From the NCBI GenBank assembly GCA_048882325.1, contig JBHLRS010000026.1, forward strand, positions 1 through 44,150: DNA of 44,150 nt, in the 5' to 3' direction. The notes under the pieces are model-generated. The model was not told the origin of the DNA. It made no database searches and saw only the letters and a list, made by a program, of their open reading frames with translations. Position 1 is the stretch's first letter; each line of letters starts with the position of its first letter. The translations under genes and the position numbers were made by a program. This DNA comes from Candidatus Thorarchaeota archaeon (GTDB lineage: Archaea > Asgardarchaeota > Thorarchaeia > Thorarchaeales > Thorarchaeaceae). This document shows positions 38,087-44,150 of this stretch, piece after piece.

Positions 38087-38227
38087 CTAGGGAGTAGGTG
38101 CTGATGGACCAGGAAGTAAGCCAACTGCAAAAGCGGCTTGAGCGAGTAGAATACCTATTCCAAGAAGCGATATTCCAACCATGAGGTAGATGAGTGCCCG
38201 CATTTCTGGGCGAATTTCCTCGAACAC
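38087..38227 (-). CDS. Small single-TM membrane protein (46 aa), not in ORF track
   Basis: GTG start behind an AGGTGA SD; MFEEIRPEMRALIYLMVGISLLGIGILLAQAAFAVGLLPGPSAPTP*. Fills the intergenic gap in the same orientation as its neighbours. Confidence 0.6.
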   Translation of the reverse strand: MFEEIRPEMRALIYLMVGISLLGIGILLAQAAFAVGLLPGPSAPTP

Positions 38228-38308
38228 TTCAGTTCACCTTCGATGAACTGCGAACTAGGTGTTGCTTATAGACATTTTGCCATAGGAGTCTGCAAAGTTC
38301 CTGTGGTT

Positions 38309-38614
38309 TCATCGTTGTCTGAATCTCTTTGCAATGTCTTTGGGCATCGCATCGGGATATGGCTCATCATTCCTAATTCGAACTTCTGTTTGAACAGAGG
38401 CGATTACTTGAGCTCGTTGGCACTTGCCATCCTGAGATAACTTTCGAATTGCACATTTTGAGTGAACGCACCAACCCTGGTCACACTCTTCATCGATCCA
38501 AGTGCACCAGACGATCTTCCTACCACTCTGTTTTCTCATCCTGAGAGCAGGGGGTTTTCGTTCACAAATGAATCGCTCACACCTAGCTGTACACTCCAAA
38601 TTGTCGCTGACCAT
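38309..38614 (-). CDS. Cys-rich hypothetical (putative Zn-binding) protein
   Basis: CTARCERFIC...WCTWIDEECDQGWCVHSKC...DGKC (8 Cys). Start placed at ATG 38614. Confidence 0.7.
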   Translation of the reverse strand: MVSDNLECTARCERFICERKPPALRMRKQSGRKIVWCTWIDEECDQGWCVHSKCAIRKLSQDGKCQRAQVIASVQTEVRIRNDEPYPDAMPKDIAKRFRQR

Positions 38615-38642
38615 TATTGACCGCTCCAGAGTTTTTCCATAT

Positions 38643-39443
38643 TCACCGCTTCTCAGCAATCCTGAGTAACGATTCGAGTCGCTTCTGACCTCCTTCAACT
38701 ATCCTGATGTTTCTTTCAAGTCTAGACTTTGACGAATCATAGGAATCTCTGTTAATATCGCCAATCTTGAATTTGGCTTCGACCCTGCTGATTTCCTTGT
38801 CAAGATTCTTGAGGGTCTTCTTGATCCCCTTTAACCACTTCTTCGCGGTCTTGATGGCGTTCTTCAAATTATCACGAAGCTCTTTGATGGAGTGATGGAT
38901 TTCGGTTCGTTGTTCTTTGTATACATCCTTGTCAAGTGTATCAGAAATGCCCTCAAGTTTCTCAAGCCGTTTCTCATCTTTGTCTAGAGCCTCTAAAAGT
39001 CGTTCAAGAACCAACGGGGACGAAACCGCAGCTAGTTCCCTTCGCCGACTTTTGGTCTTCTCAAACTCAGAACGAAGATCTTCGGCTCTACCAGTAAGCA
39101 CTTGTTTATCCGCCTGTTGAAGTTGAAGTGCTTGGCGAGTAGCTTTTGTCCTTTCAATGATACTATCGAGTTCTTGGTCTACGACCTCAAGCTCTGACCT
39201 CGACAAAAGTACGACTGCTGCATGATTATCCATATCCTCAATTGTGATATCAAAATGAGGGGGTTCCACCCTTTCTGGTTGTGAATCCAAAGAAGCTGGT
39301 TCGGGCTGCTCCTCAAACTGCGGTTCAACCTCAGGAGGACTAAGGACAATCTCTGTGTCGAGTGGCTTTCCGCAAATCTTGCAGAAACGTCCCTCAGGGA
39401 CTTCCAAACCACAGAAGGGACATGTAACAAGCGGGTCGGACAT
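38643..39443 (-). CDS. Zinc-ribbon plus long coiled-coil protein (CdvA-like C-terminus)
   Basis: CPFC..FCKICG, Pro/Glu-rich linker, heptad coiled coil ending EAKFKIGDINRDSY. Confidence 0.6.
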   Translation of the reverse strand: MSDPLVTCPFCGLEVPEGRFCKICGKPLDTEIVLSPPEVEPQFEEQPEPASLDSQPERVEPPHFDITIEDMDNHAAVVLLSRSELEVVDQELDSIIERTKATRQALQLQQADKQVLTGRAEDLRSEFEKTKSRRRELAAVSSPLVLERLLEALDKDEKRLEKLEGISDTLDKDVYKEQRTEIHHSIKELRDNLKNAIKTAKKWLKGIKKTLKNLDKEISRVEAKFKIGDINRDSYDSSKSRLERNIRIVEGGQKRLESLLRIAEKR

Positions 39444-39508
39444 GGCATTGCTCCATCCATGATAAAGTTCTTCATCGGACTAATGTCCGATACTGGTGTG
39501 ATTTCTTC

Positions 39509-39826
39509 TCATGTAAGCGTGCCCAGTCGACTACTCACTTCATCTAGCTGGGCCTTGGTCGTGACTATTGTGTTTGCACCATAAGTTGGCAGAACCTTCA
39601 ATTCCTCTACTAGAAGAGCAATGGCCTTAGTAGAGTCAATTTCCTTCTTATCAAGAGAACCATCTGGAAAAGTCAGGGATGCCTCAATCCATTGCGTCTT
39701 TGTGTCGTCAGACGGAAAAAGACAGTAGATATAGTCGTCATTGCTGCAGATAAATGAAGGAGTATTCTCCCAGGCTTGTGCCAACAGCATACCAAAAGCC
39801 TTCGCGTTTTCAGCCTTATCAGCCAT
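39509..39826 (-). CDS. Hypothetical protein
   Basis: 105-aa ORF with GAGG SD; no recognised motif. Confidence 0.6.
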   Translation of the reverse strand: MADKAENAKAFGMLLAQAWENTPSFICSNDDYIYCLFPSDDTKTQWIEASLTFPDGSLDKKEIDSTKAIALLVEELKVLPTYGANTIVTTKAQLDEVSSRLGTLT

Positions 39827-39900
39827 CAGGATAACCTCTGGGGCCAGATGTTATAACGGACAACGTAATTGCGAAAATAAAACTTTCTCAGTCAGGCTCA

Positions 39901-40464
39901 CTACGGTCTATGCCAGACAAAAGAGTAGTATGCAATCTCACCCGTTTCCTTGACTGTCGCTATGATGAATTTCTTCCTGACACTAGTTGCTAACCTTCCA
40001 GCCCTAACAATGTCAAGCGGAACAACGCCTTTCCGTTGGGGAATTACATGCACCAAAAAGGGGGCATGATCTTTTCCAGGTCCACGTTCATACACAGCAA
40101 AGTCAGTGCCAAATTTCAGACCGGGTCGAACAACATATCCTCGTTCCCGAAGTTGCGAGTACACAATGTATCGGTCTCTGAACTCATCTGACCATTCGGA
40201 CCCAAGCTGAAGAAGTTCCTCAACACTCAATACTTCGTCACTATCATGACGACGCACATGCAAACGGTTCTGTTGAGTCAGGTAGACACACTCGATCAAT
40301 GACAGTTCAAGTGGTTTGTCAAATACAGAAGACTTGGGCTTTCTAATTCCAACCGGTTGCCCGAAATAGCCTTCGTCATATAATCGCATGCCATGATTGG
40401 TGTTCCATACAATACCTCTATCGCCAACCAGTCGTGCATCTGCGATAGTAGGTGTTTCGTTCAA
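39901..40464 (-). CDS. endA: tRNA-splicing endonuclease, catalytic (alpha) subunit
   Basis: LELSLIECVYL, RGYVVRPGLKFGTDFAVY (Tyr), GKDHAP (His), GRLATSVRKK (Lys). Confidence 0.93.
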   Translation of the reverse strand: MNETPTIADARLVGDRGIVWNTNHGMRLYDEGYFGQPVGIRKPKSSVFDKPLELSLIECVYLTQQNRLHVRRHDSDEVLSVEELLQLGSEWSDEFRDRYIVYSQLRERGYVVRPGLKFGTDFAVYERGPGKDHAPFLVHVIPQRKGVVPLDIVRAGRLATSVRKKFIIATVKETGEIAYYSFVWHRP

Positions 40465-40480
40465 TCATAACACCAGCTAA

Positions 40481-41152
40481 TCATGTGTTCAGTGTCAGTG
40501 AGAGTGTCCGAATAACCAGTGCAGCGTCTTCGCTGAAGTTAGCCATATCTTCTAGCATTTTGATAAAGTCACGGAATCTGAGCATCACATCAGTTGGGAT
40601 ATCTAAGGGATATAGCAGTGTAACAATCTCTCTTTGCACTATATCAATCTCTTTCTCAATCTTGCATATCTGGTCTGCACGTTTCTTGGACTCTTCCATA
40701 TTGATTGATAGGAATCGTACTGCTTCACGCTGTTCTGTTGTTTGAGAACTCATCAGTTTTCCAAGTTGAGCAATACTGTCCTTTAGTTCACCTTCTGGAG
40801 TCCATTGGCCAACAACAGCAGCCAAATCATAGCATGCAATTTCAGCACCATCAATTAGCTTGTCATTGTAATGCACTAGCTTGAGAAGGTCTTCGCGATG
40901 CATCAGGGTGCTTGCGTTAGCTAGTTCATTCAGAATTGAGCGCTTCAGAGCATCAGCCTTCTCCTCCAATTCAGTAATCTTGCCCAGCTCTTCAGTTTCA
41001 ATCAACTTCTTGCCCTCAAGCCAATCAGAAATGGCATTGACAACTATCTTGTTAGCATTAACAGCTACACGGAAATGTTCATCCAACATTTGTGTGATGT
41101 TACCAAGCTCTGAACTCATGTACCTATCATTATCAAGAACCATAATGTGCAC
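40481..41152 (-). CDS. DUF47 / PhoU-like phosphate transport regulator family protein
   Basis: Two repeats LEEKADALKR...REDLL and IEKEIDIV...LEDMANFSED. The start may be a downstream Met. Confidence 0.78.
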   Translation of the reverse strand: MHIMVLDNDRYMSSELGNITQMLDEHFRVAVNANKIVVNAISDWLEGKKLIETEELGKITELEEKADALKRSILNELANASTLMHREDLLKLVHYNDKLIDGAEIACYDLAAVVGQWTPEGELKDSIAQLGKLMSSQTTEQREAVRFLSINMEESKKRADQICKIEKEIDIVQREIVTLLYPLDIPTDVMLRFRDFIKMLEDMANFSEDAALVIRTLSLTLNT

Positions 41153-41226
41153 CCTAATTTAGCTGCAGTCGATTAGAGTAGCTTTTTAATTCTTCTGGAC
41201 TACGAGGCCACTAGGTGTGAATAATA

Positions 41227-42027
41227 GTGGAGCTATGGCAAATCATCGTAGCAATCATTCAAGGACTAGTTGAATGGCTCCCAATAAGCAGTGAGGGGCA
41301 GGTAGTCTTCTTTTTGTTCAACTTCACACCAGTCAGCCAGAATGATATCCTCTCCCTTGTGGTGTGGCTTCATCTTGGCACAGCTTTGGCTGTTGTTGCT
41401 CGATATCCGCGAGTCATACTTGACATTCTCAGTCTCAAGGATAAGAAACTCTTCAGATTACTCCTGGTTGCCACACTATGTACAGCTATCACAGGTGTTC
41501 CACTCTATTTCTTCCTTGAGGGTGTCATAACACCTGAACATGGCGAACTTCTGAATTTTGTTGTTGGTGTTTTGCTTTTGGTGACCGCAATAGTCCTTTA
41601 TCTTCCAACTAGGAATGGGGAAAGTGATTTACAGGATACTGAGGGGGAAGTAGAGAATCAAGAGGCGGCTGCTACTGGCCTTGTACAGGGATTAGCAGTG
41701 CTACCAGGTTTGAGTAGATCTGGAGTCACTATCTCTGCACTACTGATGCAGAAGATAGACAAAGAAACTGCAATGAAGTTCAGCTTCTTGATGAGTGTTC
41801 CTGCAGTCTTAGCCATTCTACTTCTGGACATTCTGACAGGAAGTACTCTTCCAGCAAATACTGCACCATTTGACCTGTTTATCATTGAGGCTGTAGTCTT
41901 CATTACTGGTTTGGTATCAATGGAGTTTTTGGTAAGACTGGCAAAGAGGGTCAGTTTCTGGAAGCTATGTCTAGTGCTCGCTGTAATAGCAATTCTATTC
42001 GGTATTCCAGTGTTGCTACAATTGTAG
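41227..42027 (+). CDS. uppP: Undecaprenyl/polyprenyl-diphosphate phosphatase (BacA/UppP family)
   Basis: QGLVEWLPISS, LHLGT, QGLAVLPGLSRSGVT, FSFLMSVP. Confidence 0.88.
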   Translation: MELWQIIVAIIQGLVEWLPISSEGQVVFFLFNFTPVSQNDILSLVVWLHLGTALAVVARYPRVILDILSLKDKKLFRLLLVATLCTAITGVPLYFFLEGVITPEHGELLNFVVGVLLLVTAIVLYLPTRNGESDLQDTEGEVENQEAAATGLVQGLAVLPGLSRSGVTISALLMQKIDKETAMKFSFLMSVPAVLAILLLDILTGSTLPANTAPFDLFIIEAVVFITGLVSMEFLVRLAKRVSFWKLCLVLAVIAILFGIPVLLQL

Positions 42028-42028
42028 A

Positions 42029-42748
42029 TTATTCGGTGCGTTTCTGGAACATAATTGCAATGGGAGCGTTAGCTTTTCGCCATTCCGCAAGTTTGCCCTC
42101 ATAGTCAAGTGGTATCGGATGTCTACCATGATTTCCTACCACAATGAAAAGTGTACCAACCCGAGCCTGTCTGAGAAGCACTTTGATCCAGTTATCCGTG
42201 CGTCTGACAATCTTCTCTAGAAGGGTTTCAGGTGGTGTCCTGTGACCATACTGAGCATATAGACTCTCAAAGTCCAAGAAGTGAAGATATAGGAGTTCTG
42301 ACTTGAAGATGTGTTTGGTTGCCTCAATGTAGGTAGCCATGTCGTCCCGTGGTCGAATTGTGTATGCTGGATCGAACTCGCAGTGCGCCATGTCTTCCTC
42401 ACGACATATGACTTTAGTTGTTTTGCCAAAGTTCTTGGCATGTTTGAGAAGATGAAAGTCAGGTCTATGTCCTTTCAGAAGTCGTCTGATCAAAGGCAGA
42501 GCATATGGATCGTTAGTATCAAGAAGTGCTAGGGCTTCCATGTTCTTGATAAGAGCCTCAGGTTTATACACAACCGCTTCAAACAGCCCGAAATTATCAA
42601 TCATGATAATAACAACGGAGGACGGGTTGAACTTCTCAAGTAGCTCCTTGTTTGGTGGAAACAGTCCTTCGGGAACCTCTATGCCGAGAAGTGCTAAGAC
42701 AGTTGCAGGAAACTCCAATGCAGTAGTTCGGACCTGTGGAAACGACAT
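42029..42748 (-). CDS. Compact alkaline-phosphatase-superfamily-like protein with degenerate metal site
   Basis: PATVLALLG, VVIIMIDNFG, LYLHFLD, IVVGNHG, NAPIAI follow the AlkP core order. Confidence 0.55.
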   Translation of the reverse strand: MSFPQVRTTALEFPATVLALLGIEVPEGLFPPNKELLEKFNPSSVVIIMIDNFGLFEAVVYKPEALIKNMEALALLDTNDPYALPLIRRLLKGHRPDFHLLKHAKNFGKTTKVICREEDMAHCEFDPAYTIRPRDDMATYIEATKHIFKSELLYLHFLDFESLYAQYGHRTPPETLLEKIVRRTDNWIKVLLRQARVGTLFIVVGNHGRHPIPLDYEGKLAEWRKANAPIAIMFQKRTE

Positions 42749-42922
42749 TCAACTTTCCTCGGTGGTATTCCTGTGATTAATCATGCTTGCCCTCAAGAAG
42801 CTTGCGTAAGCGTGCGGATTGATTTGGCTCACTTCTCGATTTATTCTGCAATCTTCTTTAACCTATGGCTTATGGAAGGGTTAAATAACTCGACGGAAGG
42901 TCAGGGCAATAGAGGTAGGTCA

Positions 42923-43885
42923 ATGACCTTACGGGACATTATATACAAGGACACAGTCAAGTTCATCCTCTCAGGTGGAAAGGGAGGGGTTGGAAAGACT
43001 AGTAGCGCAGGAGCTATGGCAGTGTTGTCCGCACGACACGGCTTTCGAACTCTTGTCCTCTCAACTGACCCAGCGCATAGTCTAAGTGACAGTTTTGACC
43101 AAGATCTGTCAGGCGGAGATATTGTACTAATTGAGGGATTTGACAACCTTTGGGGTATGGAGATAAACACCGAGAAAGGGATGGAAGAGTTCCAGCAGGT
43201 CATGGGTGAAGGGTCTGTGGGTCCTGAAGCTCAAATGGCTGCAGGTCTAATGGGAGATATGACAGGTATGGCCCCACCAGGTTCAGATGAGGCAATGGCT
43301 TTTGGTAAAATCCTTGAGTACCTAGAGGATTCATCATATGACCGTGTAATCTTCGATACCGCACCAACCGGACACACCCTGAAACTCCTCGAACTACCTG
43401 ACCTTTTAGATAGCTGGCTTGGGAAAATACTCACCCTGAGGCAGCGGTTGAGTTCTATGATGGGAGCTCTCAGAGGCATGCTTGGTGGCGGTGACCAAGA
43501 AGAGAATTCTTGGCAGATGATTCAGCAGACAAAGGACAAAATTAGAGCTGCAAGAATTGAACTCTCTGACCCGGACACCACGCAGTTCGTTGTTGTGATG
43601 ATTCCAGAGGCAATGGCTGTGTTTGAAACCCAAAGACTTCTCGCGAGCCTGAACTCTTGGCACATACCAGCGCATCATGTAATCATCAATCAACTCGTAC
43701 CTCCAAATCCAACTTGCTCCTTCTGCTCAAAGAGGCATGAGATGCAACAGTCCAACCTCAAAGATATTCGAGACCTATACTCAGACATGGACCTCACCGA
43801 AGTACCACTCTTTGATGGTGAGATAAGAGGTATTGAAGGTCTTGAGAAACTAGGGAAGATTCTGATAGGAGAAGAGGTGGAGTAA
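42923..43885 (+). CDS. Get3/TRC40-type (ArsA family) ATPase
   Basis: GGKGGVGKT, STDPAHSLSD, PGSDEAMAF, DTAPTGHT, C-terminal CSFC, Met-rich helical subdomain, single ATPase domain. Start placed at ATG 42923. Confidence 0.9.
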   Translation: MTLRDIIYKDTVKFILSGGKGGVGKTSSAGAMAVLSARHGFRTLVLSTDPAHSLSDSFDQDLSGGDIVLIEGFDNLWGMEINTEKGMEEFQQVMGEGSVGPEAQMAAGLMGDMTGMAPPGSDEAMAFGKILEYLEDSSYDRVIFDTAPTGHTLKLLELPDLLDSWLGKILTLRQRLSSMMGALRGMLGGGDQEENSWQMIQQTKDKIRAARIELSDPDTTQFVVVMIPEAMAVFETQRLLASLNSWHIPAHHVIINQLVPPNPTCSFCSKRHEMQQSNLKDIRDLYSDMDLTEVPLFDGEIRGIEGLEKLGKILIGEEVE

Positions 43886-43887
43886 CT

Positions 43888-43992
43888 GTGAGAAGATCTC
43901 TCAAGATCAAGATTCTCTCAGCATGCATGATTCTTCTGTTCATGGTATCCTTTGCAATTGCAATCTATCTCATAAATAGACCACCGGGATAA
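43888..43992 (+). CDS. Small single-TM peptide (34 aa), not in ORF track
   Basis: GTG 2 nt after the Get3 stop with a GAGGTG SD; MRRSLKIKILSACMILLFMVSFAIAIYLINRPPG*. Confidence 0.5.
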   Translation: MRRSLKIKILSACMILLFMVSFAIAIYLINRPPG

Positions 43993-44000
43993 GAAGAGAA

Positions 44001-44144
44001 CTAGACACCCTTGACGCGCTTCACGACTGGTGGACGGATCTTGTACAGAATTCTACCTCCACAGTATGGACACTTGACACCCGGGAGAGTCTTTAGACCT
44101 TCGGGAGTAACTTCCTTGTGGCATTTATGACAAACGTAGACCAT
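44001..44144 (-). CDS. rpo12: DNA-directed RNA polymerase subunit Rpo12 (RpoP), not in ORF track
   Basis: MVYVCHKCHKEVTPEGLKTLPGVKCPYCGGRILYKIRPPVVKRVKGV*: Zn ribbon plus RILYKxRP motif. Confidence 0.93.
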   Translation of the reverse strand: MVYVCHKCHKEVTPEGLKTLPGVKCPYCGGRILYKIRPPVVKRVKGV

Positions 44145-44150
44145 TCCAGT

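Noticed and set aside
38078-38089. In-frame TGA immediately before the AIR-synthase-like gene, suggesting a Sec-SelD
   Set aside because: A TAG lies three codons further upstream with no start in between, there is no U/C-x-x-K motif, and the TGA is part of an SD-like GAGTGA.
42923-43885. Arsenite-efflux ArsA annotation
   Set aside because: It has a single ATPase domain and Get3-type motifs, and no arsB, acr3, arsD or arsR nearby.
1-44150. Pyrrolysine (TAG) recoding, CRISPR arrays, IS elements, and the many 60-170 aa antisense ORFs in the track
   Set aside because: Many conserved genes end normally at TAG and no pyl genes are present. No repeat-spacer arrays, transposases or integrases were seen. 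The short ORFs overlap well-supported genes.

Overview
Gene-dense archaeal chromosomal segment. Archaeal origin is shown by TFB, Rpo12/RpoP, tRNA-splicing endonuclease, archaeal-type LeuRS and a SAMP/MoaD protein. The Sec machinery, Get3-like ATPase and PAS kinases fit an Asgard archaeon, probably Thorarchaeia (inference, not tested). No mobile elements, CRISPR or rRNA were seen. Three blocks stand out. (1) About 4-20 kb: a candidate anaerobic N-heterocycle (purine/pyrimidine/pterin) catabolic island with two paralogous tungsten AOR + polyferredoxin pairs, a cog0402 deaminase, a cyclic amidohydrolase, a DHOD/PreA-like flavoprotein lacking the catalytic Cys, MoaD/SAMP, an ATC-hydrolase-family protein, a PfkB kinase and an M24 peptidase. 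(2) About 30.5-34.7 kb: a compact selenocysteine synthesis/decoding cluster with PSTK, a 9/4-type tRNA-Sec(UCA) read directly from the sequence, SepSecS, SelB and one uncharacterised gene inside the operon. (3) About 36-44 kb: conserved small/Zn proteins, a CdvA-like coiled coil, EndA, UppP, a Get3-type ATPase and three short genes missed by the ORF track (two single-TM peptides and rpo12). All calls come from motif recognition by eye; no database searches were run.
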